DNA from: Eledone cirrhosa
Lineage: Eukaryota
Length of the DNA stretch: 64,000 nt
Direction: 5' to 3'
Assembly (NCBI GenBank): GCA_964016885.1
Contig: OZ024743.1
Span: 150,164,001 to 150,228,000, forward strand
Part shown: positions 13,601-28,544 of the stretch, one piece after another
Layout of the letters: each line of letters begins with the position of its first letter
Numbering within the stretch: position 1 is the stretch's first letter
The notes under the pieces: generated by a model
Database searches by the model: none
Seen by the model: the letters and a program-made list of their open reading frames with translations, nothing else
What the model was told of the DNA's origin: nothing
Made by a program: the position numbers and the translations under genes

Positions 13601-16600
13601 TCCTCCACTTGAATTTTTTTATAATGTTGGCTTTTTAAGAATTGTTTTGATAAGTCAACCTAGACACTAGAGTTTGAGCTTTCGTGCATCCCAACAAGTA
13701 TGCTTATTAAACAAAACTTCGAATATTCAGCAAAATCATGCTGCATATAGTTATGTAAGTTGACAAGTTTCTGCTGCAACATACAGAAGGTGAAATAGGT
13801 GTGATCGATTTTTTGTCTATCTACATTTTATAAAAGATATCTTTGCAATAGCAATTGTCTCTATCAGATTTACAAAAGGGAACACATTGGAATATGCACA
13901 ACAAAATTATTTCAATTACAAACATGGACTTCCTCAAAAAAAGAAGATTTTCAAACATACTGACTTCCACAATTATCATAAATTAAAAGTTCCAATCAAT
14001 CTATTCATATGGTTCTTTTAATTATAGACACAATAATTAAACAAAAAAGAGGTACAAATCAAATATAATTGTTCCAGACTGTAAGAGATTGAGTTTTGGA
14101 CATTAACAATTATTGGTGATTAGTTTTATCTCAAATTTGCAAGCAATTTTAATTTTAAACTATTCTTCTCTTAAGCAATATTATAGTAGTAAACACTGCT
14201 AATAATAATAAGATGTAAATAAGGATTGATATCTTTGCTCTTATATAATTCAGCTACTATCCAGTATAATATTGGTAAAGTGGAGAGATGATTTAAATCT
14301 AACAGAATTTCGAGTTAGCAACTAAATAGTAAAAACATTTGAAAATATTGTTTCTGCTTTCAATGGAATTTTCTCATGCTTTCCAGCTTGGAACTAATCG
14401 AAGCATAATGAATTTTCATCACACTTTTGGTTTACATAGGGTTAACAGTTACAGATGTAGCAAAATCAACTTCTAGATGTTTCTAAACACTTGCTAACAG
14501 AAGACTATTTATTATTCAGACATATAAGATCAGCATTCACCATCATTACTAATTTTTTTTAATAATAGGAAATAATTTAAAGTAATGCAGAGAACAGTAT
14601 TTTACTTATGATGGCCATAATAACAGTGAGTAAATAAGGTTACTCATATATTTTAGGGGTGTTTTCTAAGAAACATTTATGATCTTAAGTTGCGTACAGT
14701 CCTTCTGGTAAACAGGCATGTGTGAGAATTTAATTGTATCATGGTTACAAAGTTCCTTGGAACCTGGGGGAAAATTAGGTGAAGTTAGAGTTAATATTTT
14801 CATATTCATTCTTCCCTACTATTAAATTTATAGTTAACCCCTCACTCCTACCCCAAAGCAAAGAAAGAAAAACATATCAGATATAATATTGACAATACTC
14901 TTCAGTCAAAATTTACAACTCTATTGTAATATTTTTGGAATTTCATGGGCTTCTTTCAATTTAATTTCTGGATTCTTTAAATAATTAGATTAGACCTCAC
15001 ATTTTCTGTTTAAAATCAAAGAAATCTGATTTGTAAATATGTACTTTTATTTATTTATTTTTAGAATATTTATTTTCATTTTTCACTCTGTATAAAGATT
15101 AAAGAATGACCTCTCCAAGACTCCTTCTTTCCAAACTACACAAGGAAGAATAGAATAGCCAATTATTACTTTTTCCTTATCTTTCCTAATAGATACTATT
15201 ATGAGAGAATAGCTAAATATGGCTTCTAGGTATCAATTTCCATTCATTTTTATAAGTTTTCAGTTTTATCAGATGTTTCAAATAGTTTTAGCTAACTAAA
15301 ACAAGTAAATATAGGAAATTACATTTTCAATATTTTTCTTCATAATGTGGTTTCACAGCTGCCAAGCTATTCTTATAGCAATTTTTAAAAGTTTATAGGG
15401 GGCTGGGGAAAAAGAGTTAAATATGAAATTTGGGCAACTTCCTGGTTTGATGCTAGTGAAATTACTAGTTTAATATTGAACTGCTATTAAAGGGTGTTGT
15501 TTTTTAATGAAAACTACTAAACAAATAAAAAATAAAAAGTATGCCGGAAAACTATTTGAGATTACATCTGTTATGTGCTAAGAGGCAATGGACAAATTGG
15601 GGATACAACAATATTATGCTGATGATAGATTTATATTGCAACTATGTTGCTTAAGAAGTATGTTTGTATATATTTTTATTATTATGCCGACATCTTGCTT
15701 TAATTTAAATGCTGTCAAGCTTCTTAGACTGAGGTGTAGTACAACAGTTGAACCCTCTATTCATATATACATTAAGTATATTGTTTTTTATAAAACATAT
15801 ACTTTTACAAATGGCAAATTCATAAAACTTTTAAAGTAGTCCTGTTGATTTTGTGCACAGCTCTGGAGATCATGCTGGGTTGTTTTCTCACTGTCTGCAA
15901 GTATGTGAACACATATGCTCTATAACAGAAACATGTGTTATTTAGATTAAGAAGAACATTGTCAACTTCAAAAACTTATTCTTAATAGCGAGTAAAGTTC
16001 CATAAAATACTGATGATGTTTTACTCAAAAAATTACACATACTAGGCTTTCCAAAACAGATTCAGATTTATAACTTATACTAAAAATCTGTTGCTATTTT
16101 TTATTTGAGCTAACCAAAATCAGCCTTACATTTCAAACAAAACTAGAGACTGATTAGCTTGTATTAACTTTTAGTTGTGAACATTGGGTAAATTATCAAC
16201 AAACATTATTCTAATTTAATCAATTAATATTGTTTTACTTTGATTAGTTACATACATAATATACCCTCCCCACATACACACAAGCACCTTCAAGATTAAA
16301 ACAATAATCATACCTATTTATAGGGTTCTTGCTATCAATAAAATTGCCATGATATAAACTCTGTGGTAAAATAGTTAAGCCAAGACATGTCGTATTTAAT
16401 TATTGGTTGGTTTTTCATCACATATTCCTTCCTTCATTAATAGTCAATAATCTTCACTGTTATAACTTTATATTATATTTGATGAGGTGATATGTGAACC
16501 AACTAATAACAATATTACAAACAAAAGAAAGCTCCCTCAACTGAGTGAAGTAAAGTATCTTTGGTGCTTGAGTTATTTTTGTCTGCAGTAAACTTATCTA

Positions 16601-16830
16601 ATATGCACATACTTGGCTCTCTTTGTGATACTGTTAAATGGATCATGTCAAATCTCCATCTTCTTGATCCTCAGTAATTGCACAAAATAGCAAAAACTCA
16701 AAATTATATTCCCTGATTCATATTTCCAAATCTCTTATTTGCTGTTGGTGGTTTTATTGTAATGTCTTTTGCTCACTGTATATATGCTTTTGTTACAAAG
16801 AATAAATAATAAAAAAAAAAAGAAATTAGT
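7661..16830 (+). other. Putative very long 3' UTR with alternative poly(A) signals
   Basis: About 9 kb of unique AT-rich sequence without recognisable LINE/SINE or long (TA)n; AATAAA with upstream TGTA at 12959, 13248 and 16801, the last followed by a GT/T-rich tract. Confidence 0.5.
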
Positions 16831-17076
16831 AAACTACTTTAAGCCTATGTCGTTTTTTTAAATATTTTCCAGTCTGATCCCCATTTTCAGTAGGCATCAT
16901 ATTGGTCCCCTAAGTGAAGTATTTTATTTATGACATAAAGATAAGAACTAATCAGAACTGGCTGTTTAGTATATTTGATGACTAATATTTTATTGTCCAT
17001 TCTATATCATTTATAAGCCTATACACATATACACACAATTTATCTCTCAAAACAAAAATGGGATTAGAGCTTCTGA

Positions 17077-17134
17077 AATATATATATGAAATATATATAT
17101 ATATGTTATATATGTATATATATGTGTATGTATG

Positions 17135-17178
<44 letters not shown>
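17077..17178. repeat. (TA)n/(TATG)n microsatellite
   Basis: Directly visible. Confidence 0.9.
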
Positions 17179-17179
<1 letters not shown>

Positions 17180-20100
17180 GCAATATTGTAAAAGTGACAT
17201 GTTAAATGCATGTGATCACGTTTTTCGTAATATACAAAAATTCTTTATTTAATTACAAATGTGGATAAGTGTATGTAATTTACAAACTACTTGAATATGA
17301 ATGTAGTATAATTAATGTAAACACTAAAGTTATCTCAAGAGCTAGGATAGAAAGCAAACCTTAAAAAAGACTATTGCTACAAGATGTAGAACAAGTAAGC
17401 ATTAAAGCACTTTACCTATATAATAAATGGAAACAGCTTGAAGAAATTAGTTGTCTAAATGTGATAAACCACATGAATTGCTAAGGGTTTTACATGCCAA
17501 CATCAAAGTTAGTACTTTTAACATAAAAGTTTCAACAGATAATTTGTATTTACCTTTTAAGAAATTATATTGAATCCCTACAAACATTTATTGGAGGATC
17601 AAAATTATATATTATTTTAGGGTGATTGCTTTTGGTTATTTAAGATACATGCTATCATAATCATGCCTTGAAATCTATGACCTATTCTGTAATTTTCGAT
17701 ATCATAAATATCCCACATTAATATAATCACAATGGTTTGAAACATCTATAATCCATTCTCATACGCATCTAACAGAGGCACTATAGTGTTCAAAACCAAG
17801 ATTCTAATTATAACATTTCTACAAAACACAACTACATTATGGTTAGTTTCACAAACACCCAGTCAAAAAGTGGACATGCAGACTCTTAAAAGAAAAACTA
17901 AATAAAATAAAACTACAACACCATATGTACTTTTGTTATTTAATTTCAAGAGAACTTCTCAGTCCTGTCATTTTTAAGACAAGTTATCATCCCACACCCA
18001 ACTCAACACAACAACATTTCTAATGCTGGTACCATGAAAAATGTACCAAGTACATTTTGTAAAGAAATACACTTAATGAAATACACTTCCTCTGAGTTTC
18101 AAATAACTTTGAAAATAATCAAGATTTTGGATATATTTAGTAATATAAATTTCTAATTATTTATCTGGTGTTTGGAGCTTAATTTAACAAAAGGTTCTTC
18201 ATAAAATTCTGATAAAATATTTTTATATAAATATAAAAACTTTAAAGTAATCAGTTTTGCATCATAGAACTAGGGGCAATTTATTATTAAAAACATTAAT
18301 ATTAATAAATTTATATGATATCTCCTCCTATAAAACTAAACATCAAGAATAACAAATGATTAAATCACTGCTAGTCAGGAGAAGACATTGTTCTGATTAA
18401 CCTATGTGTTTTTATATTAGCAGACCATCTAGTAAAAACACAAATCTGTGTATATATGTCAGGAGAAATATCTCATCATCTTTCATGTGGTAGGGTTTGG
18501 ACAGATCATTATAGTCCAGACAATACTTATTCAAAATTACTGTCCTTCTAGATGAGTCAGGGGGGAAGAAAATGGGATGGCTCCCAGCATCCATTTCAGG
18601 GCCATTCAGCCAAGTGATCACATCGAGTTGTTCATTCAGAACTGCTAATTATCACAGTGATAACTTAGATTTCTCAAGCACCCATCCAAAATCTGTGCTC
18701 AGTTTTCTGCCTAAATCAAAAACTGAGAAATGTATTAACTTGAAATTCGAAGCCTATGCTTGAATAGATTTAGGCAATGACATGTACGTTTGTTCCTCTG
18801 TCCTGTGGGTTAATTAATGCATGGCATGAAATGTCGTTTTCACGTTTACACCATTTATTCCATGTTTCATATGTTTTTACATATTTAAGATATCTTTGAT
18901 TACATGTCTCAGTACTAGGCACTATACCTGAATTTTAGGGGCATACAATCCAAGAAGTTGGCCCTGGGCACCACCAAACCTCTGCATGCAACTGGTCATA
19001 AATTCCAATTTGGATACTCCTAACACCAATAACTTTACGGAGTGTACTGAGTGAATTTTATCATGGGTTCAGCACCATATATTTTATGTCATTGAACTTA
19101 TGTTGAAATTAGTTTCAACTTTTATTCAAACTAGGAACCTTTATTTTCAAACTACTGGTAGCATTGTACTTTTCCTTTAGGCAATTGACATGCATTACTG
19201 TACTAAGTTTACGAATAAAGATTCCTAATTTGAATCTACTCTGGTGCAGATCAAACAATAAGACTCCAAAAACTATGGGAATATTAATAACAAATTCTAT
19301 TTCTAAAGAATTGAAAAATATTAATCTTATTAATAATCACTAATTGTAATTATTTTTTATAATCATAAATTTATATAGTATTATTAGGCTGTTTTGGGGT
19401 GGGGGAAATTTGTACTTTGACTTTCTTTAAGTATTAAGTTTGAGTCATAACTGTGTGTAGGTATGAATTAATGTTAAAAGGGACATCCTTTTCAGTTATG
19501 TTTATATTATATTTGTGACAGTTGCTAAAACAGGTATTGTTACTGCAAATTCAGTAATACTGTAAATTAATGTTCAATGATTAAACTACCTTTTTCTTTT
19601 TGTCATATAAAGAAAAACACTTCACAACATATTTAGATTTCTTGTTATTATTTTTGCAGTTATCTCAAACCTATAGACATAGACTTCCTTAAAAATTATT
19701 TTTTAAATAACAAAAAAATCAAAAAAAATCCATTCTGTCCATAGTAAGGTGAATATGCATAATTTAACACAAATCATAAGTTATTGAGTTTCAGGATAAG
19801 AAGAAGAGGTCTTAAATCACAGGAGAGAACTGAAGTTAAATGAAACTAATTTCTGAAATTTGAAGTGAATCTGGCTTGCAATCTTGAACAGATTATATTG
19901 GTATATATATGAAATGTACTGTATATTTGAAACAAAGTAGAAATAATAATTCTTTTTCTCAATAAAAGTTTCTATTTAAAAAAAAAACAATGTTTTTTTT
20001 TCTAAATAAACTAAATCCCTGTATTTAAAAAAAAATGATTTAGTATATTTTGAACTATTTATTTATATAGTACAATTTTTATGAAGACAATTCAAAATGT

Positions 20101-21129
20101 GAAAGCACAATTGTCTGGAGTAATTTTGGTTTCTCTTCAACAAAATACATGGTAAACAAAGGAAAAGATCAATCTTTTATGCTTCCGTTTTTCTTGAACA
20201 GCTGTTATGTCAAATTTAAAGTTCTCAAATCTATTAAGTTTATTCTTGAATTGGTTGGTTTTCCTTGACTTGCCAAACACAAACATTTCATGTTATAATA
20301 TTTCTAATAACTAAAACTTTGGATTTCCAATTTTGTAGAAACCTGGCACCAAATCGTTGTATTTAATTGTATGCCATCAGCAACATCAGTTCAGATCATA
20401 AATATTGTACTCCTACTTCTTTTACTCATCAAAATAATTTCAGATCACACTTGGTAGAAAGGGGTTCAGTATACCAGAGTCTTCAATTATGCAAGTAATA
20501 CTGATGATAAAATACCTCTTTGAATAAAGAAAAAATAAATGAATTCATAAACCACACTATATTAAGAAAATTCTTAATGAAATATTTCACACAGTGAATC
20601 CTAAATATAAAAATCACCACTATTTGAAAATCAAAACATTGGTTCTGAACTGAACATAGTATTCTTTACAACTCCAGAACAATTTGTTTGGAAATATATT
20701 TTTAATAAAAATTCAAAACAAAAATATTTTAACATCTATTTAGCATCTAAATAACTAGCAGTGACTTCAGGATGTGAAACACTATGTTTTATAATGCAGA
20801 AGAGAGAAAGAGATACAACTGGACAGTAAATTAACTTGAAAATACTGTTCACTTCCAAAATGTTAAGCTATCTTTGGTTAATTATTTAGCTAAAGACGTC
20901 AGGAACGTGACAAGACCTCCTGTGGAAGACTTTAAACAACAATGTTCAGCAACTTAGTGTATATGTTTGAAGTTGATGAGTTAATAAGTTGCTAAAAATT
21001 GTGTTATGCTAACTATTGCCAACTGAAGATTGTGTTACTACAGCATGGTTACAACTCACAATACTTAATCATGTAATGTAATCAATTCCATTTCATATGA
21101 ATTTGAGGTTTGCTGACCTATTTCATTGT

Positions 21130-21590
21130 TGCATCTTCTTTCTTTGCCCACTTATTCCTGGAGGGATCAAGGGAGCAGAACTCTTAAACACACCTTCCAT
21201 TGTGTCCTGTCAGAAGCAACCCTCTCTAACTGATCTGGCTAGATCTCCAAGCAAGACCAGCTGTGCTCATGGATGTTATCCAACTATCTTGCTAGGGGTC
21301 TACCCCTGGGTCTCCTGCCAGTTGGTTTTGCCCATAAAATCTGTCCAGTGATTCTTTCTTGAGACATTCTAACCACATGCTCATAATATCAGAGCTGTGA
21401 ACTCTCAATTTAGAGTAGCAACTCTATCTGGGATGACTCTCTGATCTCCGAGCTATGCACTCTAATGAGTAATGTTACTCTAAAGAACCTTCAGAGGAAC
21501 CCCATTTCAGCTGCTTTTATTAGCAATCATATTCTTTCAGTTATTGTCCAAAATTCATGACCATAAGTAAGGGTTGGCATAAATACTAAA
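21130..21590 (-). mobile_element. Old RTE-clade LINE 3' fragment
   Basis: Minus-strand translation with stops gives GHEFWTITE, AAEMGFL, HVVRMSQERITGQILWAKPTGRRPRGRP. Confidence 0.75.
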
Positions 21591-21609
21591 GTTAGCACAT
21601 TACTGCACC

Positions 21610-21930
21610 AGCTCTTGCATCAGATCTTAAAATAATTTATATGAATGACCTCTCATTGATAACTGATACAGTTACTAAGTATTGTTTAGATGAAGTTAAT
21701 TATACTGTCTTGTAGACATGTCATATTTCCCTCAGCATTCATGATAAATTAATAGCCTGTCTAGCCCCATATGCCAAGATTCTTTTAAGTTGCACTCAAT
21801 TTGGTTGCTTTCCTTTACATATTTAGTAAACATCCGATTGTTGATGAATTAGGGCCCCAAATAGTGTTAACATATTTAAAGTGTGGTCTCATCATAGTCT
21901 TCAAGAACATTAGGTGTTTCTTGTTAATCC
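21610..21930 (-). mobile_element. Ancient CR1-like RT fragment, probably continuing at ~24890-25290 beyond the RTE insertion
   Basis: MMRPHFKYVNTIWGP resembles CR1 VRPHLEY...WSP; LLNVEKCECLNIG occurs near 25030-25070. Confidence 0.5.
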
Positions 21931-21935
21931 CTATT

Positions 21936-24888
21936 CATCATCATCATCATCATTTTACGTCCACTTTTCCCTGCTTGCAAGGGTGTGACGAGCTCTATTC
22001 AGCACAGCATCTCTCCACTTGTCACGGTCCTTTGTCATCTCCTCCGTGAGCTTCAGCAATCTGAGGTCTGCTCTCACCACCTCTGCCCATGTTTTTCGTG
22101 GTCTTCCTCTACTGCATCTTCCTTCTACTGGGATTTCTTGGCACTTCTTTACCCAGTGGTCATCCTCCATGCACATCACATGTCCATACCACCTCATTCT
22201 TCTCTCCTGCAAACCACAACTTATCCCCCTTATACACAGTTTCTCTCTCAACTCATCTATGGTTGGTCGTTCACGTACATTGACATTGCACATCCAATGG
22301 GGCATGATTGCTTCATTTCTCTCCAGCCATCGCATATCCTCTGTAGTTGCTGCCCATGTCTCACTACCATGCAGCATCGTGCATCTCACACAGGCATCAT
22401 ATAACTGGGAGGGAGAAAACCTTCTTTGTCAACAGAGGAAGCAGCCCCCTAAACTTCTTCCAACCCATCCTTATTCTAGATACTATGGCTGCGGAACACC
22501 CGCCTCCTATGCTAATCTGATCACCTAGGTACTGGAAGCTATCAACCACTTCTATAGAACCCACCTGCATTTGAAATATGTGTCTATCACTGCGATTACT
22601 ATTGTCAAATTTCCCTGTACATGTACTGCATACGTCATTTTCCCTGCCTGTTAGTTTGCCTGCTATCCCACTACATCTCTTGTGCACCCAAGATCTGCAT
22701 TGTGTACATTTTATAGAATTTATGCCAGTTCCTTTTCTACATATCGAACATGGCCATTTCCCTGATGGAATCAGAGTTTTTTCCTCTTTTCTACTTATCA
22801 ACACTTTTGTTTTAGCTATGTTCACTCTCAGTCCTCTTGATTCCAACTGCTGTTTCCATAGCCAGAATTTCTTCTCTAGCTCCTCTACTGATTCTGCTAT
22901 AAGAACCAGATCATCAGCATAGAGAAGTTCCCATGGGCAGCCAGTCTTAAACTCCTCTGTTATCACTTGGAGGACAAGAGTGGGCTGAGGACCGAACTCT
23001 GATGTACTCTTACTTGTATCTGGAATTCCTCACTAAACTCCATTCCTACTCTCACTTTACTGACAGCACCTCTGTACATAGCTTGTACTGTCCTCACAAG
23101 CCATTCCTCTACACCTAGTTTCCTGAGGGACCACCAGATGACAGATTGGGGTACCCTATAAAAGGCCTTCTCTAGTTCAACAAAATCTAACTATAGTGGC
23201 TTATTCTCCTCTAAGAACCTCTCTTGTAGTTGTCTCACCAAGAAGAGGGCATCTATTGTACTTTTCCCAGACACAAAACCAAACTGCATCTCATCTAATT
23301 TGATCCTTTCTCTAATCAGTTGCGCTAATATTCTCTCTGCCACTTCCATAACCTGATCCATCAGCTTTATGCCCCTATAATTGCTCCTCTCCAGAGCATC
23401 CTCTTTACCTTTGTAGCAATTTATGAGAATACTGCTGCACCAGTCTTTGGGTATGACACCACCATATATAGCTTGATTGATGATGCGCGCAACCAGTTTA
23501 GTGCCTACTTCTCCTGAAGCCTTCAGCATCTCAGCAACTATCCCCGATGGTCCAGCGGCCTTACCATTTTTCATTTCCTTAACTGCTTCTTGGACCCCAT
23601 ATTCGTCAATCTCAATAGCTGGTCCCTCTGACGGGTCTACTGGGAGTAATTTCTCTCTCTCCCATTCGTTCTCCACATTCATCAGTCTCTCATAATGACA
23701 TTTCCAGGCCTCCTTTTTCTGATCATTCGTGACACTAAGTACACCGGCATCATTCCGGACACATTTATCTCCAACAACATCCTGATTTGCATTGACACAC
23801 TGCCTTGCAATGTGGAACACCGCACACCTCTGATCTTCCTGTCTCAGAACATTGGCAAACCTCCTACTTTCAGCCTCCCTGCGTGCTAAGTACACCTGAC
23901 ATCTAGCTTCTCTCTTAGCAGCTGTGTATCCTTCTCTACTTCCACCATTTTCCAAGCATTCCATGCTAGTCTTTTGTCTCTACTGGCCCTATCTACCGTG
24001 CTGTTCCACCACCAGGTCACTCTCTGTCTGGTTGGAGCTCTGCTCCAGCCACAAGTTTCTTCAGTAGCCTGCAGTAAGTTGTCATGTAAGAAATTCCAGT
24101 TATAATCTATGTCATACGATTCTAAATCGTCTTCTTTTTCGTCATACACATCATGAAGGGCTTTCTTAAATTTATATTTTAGTGAAAGGTCTTTTAGCTT
24201 CCAGACCTTTCTTTTCCACACCTTCCTGTATGTCTCATTCTGTCTCTTGCTTACTGAGATGTCACTAATGACTAACCTAAGCTGTGGGGTACATTATTCC
24301 CCGGGGTATACCTTAGTATTTGACACCATCTGTCTGTCTCACTGCCTAACTAGCAAGCAGTTAATCTGGCTTATGTGCTCACCTGATTTGTAGGTTATTA
24401 GGTGGTTGGTAGGTGTCTTGAAGTTAGTGTTGTAAATGATTAGTGCACTTGCATCACAAAATTCAAGAAGCCTCACTCCTTCTTCATTTCTTGAGCCATA
24501 ACCATGCTCACCATGTACCCCAGTGTATCCACCCTGGAGCTGTCCAACTTGCTATTGAAGTTTCCTGCTAGCATAACGATGTTTCCGTCCTCTGTCATTG
24601 TGGCGGTTTCTAAAAGTTGCTCGTAAAAGCAGTCTTTCTCTTCTTTACCTAGGCCTGCCTGGCGAGCATAGACAGAGATGATTGTCAGCAGTCTCTTTCC
24701 TACAACTAATCTAAGCTTAATTATTCTATTACTAACTCTTAACTACCTCTATTGTCTTATCGATCCATCTCCCAGCCAGTAAAATGCCTACCCCACCTAA
24801 CCCATCATCATTACCCACCCAGAAAAGCTTATAACTGAGATGTTTGCCTGTGATTAGTCTTGCAGAGGCACCTCTCCATCTCACCTCT
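21936..24888 (-). mobile_element. Near full-length decayed RTE LINE (APE endonuclease, RT, PHD-like finger, (ATG)n tail)
   Basis: EVRWRGASARLITGK (EN start), NYRGIKLMDQ, QFGFVSGKSTIDA, ELLYADDLVL, YGHV...RGRPRKTW; (CAT)n at 21936-21953; several stops and frameshifts. Confidence 0.95.
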
Positions 24889-27800
24889 ATTAATGTTTAT
24901 TATTCAAAGATGATGATAGCTTCCTTCACTGCATCTATGAATACTTATAAATGATCATATCAAAATCTCTTTTCAATGCCTTAAAAGATATGGTCCATTA
25001 TCTTAGAATAATGTTTTTTTCAACCTATGTTTAAGCATTCACATTTTTCTACATTCAAAAGGAAATCGCTTCCAATTACATATGTTCAAGTCTTGTGAGG
25101 CAAGATAACTCTATTTCACATTCACAACATTCAAAACTAAGCATAACAGAGCTCTTTACAAGATGTTATTTTTTATCTTCACTAATGAATGAGTATCTCC
25201 CATCATGAACACAACATTTGGTTTTTTACATTCTTTTATGATCACATTTGTCAAATGTTATTTAACTAATTTGTTGACAATTTCAATTTGTAGGCATTGT
25301 AGTCATTGTAGTTATATACAAGATACACAAATGCATCATAATGTTAATTTGAAATAAGTCAAACTTAATGTATTTAATACAAATATCTACAAAACATTAA
25401 TTAATAATATTCACACATAAATTGAACCTCAGTATTAAGACTAGTGTCACAATACTAACAATTTCTTCTAGAAACAAATTTCACAGCAGTTAAATATAAA
25501 TTACTCCCAGAACTCACAAATAGAATACAACTTCAGGCTCTAACTGTAAATTTCACCAGAACCATGTCATCGTTCAAGGGTTGCTTAAAGAAATATTGAT
25601 ATTATATACAAGATATATTTTAAAAGAAGTATGTGCATGAGTGAGTGTGAAAGAGATACATCGAACTGCAAGGCAATGACATATTAATTTTACAATGTCG
25701 TTGCTTACAATGATGAATTATGCTATTCTGCAGTTCCTACTTACAGTGAGGAGGACTGACCAATTCACTGCAAGGTGTATCATTCATGGTGTGGTACATG
25801 CTACCTAAATGTTATCTTTTCAGAATTCCCTCCCCACCTATTCTTGTCCTCCTTACTGATACAGTTCAGATAGGACATATCTTCTGAACTCATTCATATA
25901 TGTCCTAGTTATAAATATTTTCATAATTCTGTCAATAGAAATCAATCTAAATGGTATTGGAGAATAAATTATTGCATTAAAAAAAGTTCATAATGAAGAC
26001 CATGCAATTAGAAATAACATACCTTCAAGAAAGTATTCAGAATGGATCATATGATGATTTGATGAAAAACTATATTTGTCTTAATAAAACTGAACTTCCC
26101 ACTACTATGTAGATTACTTCTGCAGTTAACACATCACTTCTTGTAAACTTCAATGATACTTGTTGGTTTTATGGTGAGTAAATTAATTCGTATGAAGAAT
26201 TTTTTTTAAATAATTTTCAATTACAGAAAAGTAATAAATGAAATTAGGAAAGTTTATCTATTTTTAACTACAATCAATATAAATTGCTTTATCATCTGGT
26301 TTTGGTTACTGTAATGAACAGATGGCTTAAATTTGATATGATCAAATCAAAACAATATTTGGTTATGTTGTTCAGAACACTTAATAATAAATTAAATTGA
26401 TCTAAATTAATTATTCTTTATTTCTTGAAAACATTTCAGTTTTACATTTGGTAGAATTTTTTATATCTATGCTCCTCAATTAAGCATTGCATGATGTCAC
26501 TCAAAATTAGAATATATATCTTTTCTAATTCTTAATTCATGCAAGAGAATTTTTTTAATGTACTTATTACATAATTTACAAACTGCTTAAAGGAATTCCT
26601 ATTTAACATAATCCTATTTGTTTTTTGTTTTATTAACCATTAAATATATTGTTGGAAAATAATGAATATTATTAACAATAGTATAATGTTTTACACTTCA
26701 TATAACTAACTAAATCTTCAGAAATAATATTGATTGAATATTCAAGAACTATTTAGATATCACATCAACAAAATTTCAATATTTCATTTCTCAGGGTTTA
26801 TTTTAAAAACAAACACAGTACACTCATGAAATTCTTAGAATTGTTTTACTTTTCCAAAACCAACTTATTTTATATGTCCCTTTATCCCTGAAAGTTGTTT
26901 CACTTAATCTAATTTAATATTATTTGCAGGTTCTTAGTCACAACGAGAATATATATTTCATATCAACTGTACAAGTACTTCAAGAAGAAACCATAATTGT
27001 TATCTCCATTTAAAATATACATTTATTATAGTGAAAAATATAGGAAATTAAACTCACATCAACCTCCTGACTACAGGAAAGCTTTTTGGATTTTTAAAAA
27101 ACAAATATTTCAGTGTTGAGAAAATTTATTTTCTTTTATTGAATATGTAAGGAATGCAGCATAATTTATAGAAAGGCATAGAAGAAAATAATTTTCTACT
27201 TTAATTATGGACATGTTTATTTTTGTTTATTAAGATACAAGCAAGTTATTATAGATTCAGAATTGTTTCCAAACAAAGTATGATCTTGACAACAAGCCAT
27301 TAACTGAAAACATACGAAAGCATATCTACAAGATCAATCAATATGGAGACAAAGTTAGACTAAAACATATTGATTAAAAACAGGAGAAAGTGAATCATGT
27401 TCACAGATTTTACTTCTAAATTGATGGCAAATCAACTTTAATAATAAAACACATTTCCTTCAAGCTACAATTTATCATGTTTACTTATTTATTTAAATGT
27501 TAGAGGAGGAGGTTCCATCGTGCTGTGAATAAGAGAAAAATGAAGCTTCTTGGCATTTCTCTCTCACCTGATTAATCATTCTTTATATTATGTATTGAAT
27601 ACCAATATAACTGTGATATCAGGATATTCAAGAATTATGCAGAAGATTTTCTCTCTTTTTATCTCTTGCACTTTAACTTTTACTATTACATACATACACA
27701 CACACACACATTTGATCTATGTGAAAAAGTTGATAAGATTTGAAAGTTCATTACACTAGTATAAGTTGTGCTCCTGAGTGACTTTAGCATTTAGTATTAA

Positions 27801-27914
27801 ATGCAACTAGAAGCTTTCTAGACATCACCGAAGAACTACCCCTGCACATATCATAACACTATGAAAGAAAATTATTTGTGACAAATCCTATATACTCAAT
27901 ATTGTTGTTATTAT

Positions 27915-28045
27915 GACTCCGAGATTAGCTTTCATTCTTATAAGGTCAATAAAATAAAGCACCTGTAATACACTGGGGTTGATTTAATTGACTTTTTCCT
28001 CCCCTTCAAATTGCTGGCCTTGTGTCTAATGTAGAAACAGTTATT
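27915..28045 (+). mobile_element. Degenerate SINE body/tail
   Basis: Similar to the 39173-39356 SINE core and its GGCCTTGTG...GTAGAAAC tail. Confidence 0.65.
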
Positions 28046-28544
28046 ATGACTCATACTTGCATAGGTTTTGCTAGTTTCATATGAGGTTGCATTTCATGGG
28101 TGGTCTCTTGGATGTTTTAATAATAAGGGCCCCAGTGTAATCATGTTTTCGTTTCTGTAGTGAGAAAAGGTGGTTTGTCCAGTGTTCTAACAATTTCACT
28201 AATGATCTATACTAGACCAGCACACAAAACTGTTGGCTCCACTAAGATGACTTCAATAGTTAAGATTATGTCAAATCTAAAATGACTTTCAGATTGCAAA
28301 ATTTTGGAAAAGCAACATCTATCCTAAAATCAAAATGTTGCGTTTCAGCTGAAACTTAAAAGTTGACATTATTTAATTAACACACTACTACATTACTACC
28401 TGTACCTGGAGTAATATGGGCATTTCACAATCTACTGCATTATGATAATATGAATTAAGTATTTGTGAGGCACTAATGACAAAGTACAATACACATCCAT
28501 TAGTCATTAATCTAGTAACCTAAAGAACTCCACCAATTGCAAAA

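Noticed and set aside
18412-18763. Short ORFs in a slightly GC-richer patch
   Set aside because: No recognisable domain or convincing splice context.
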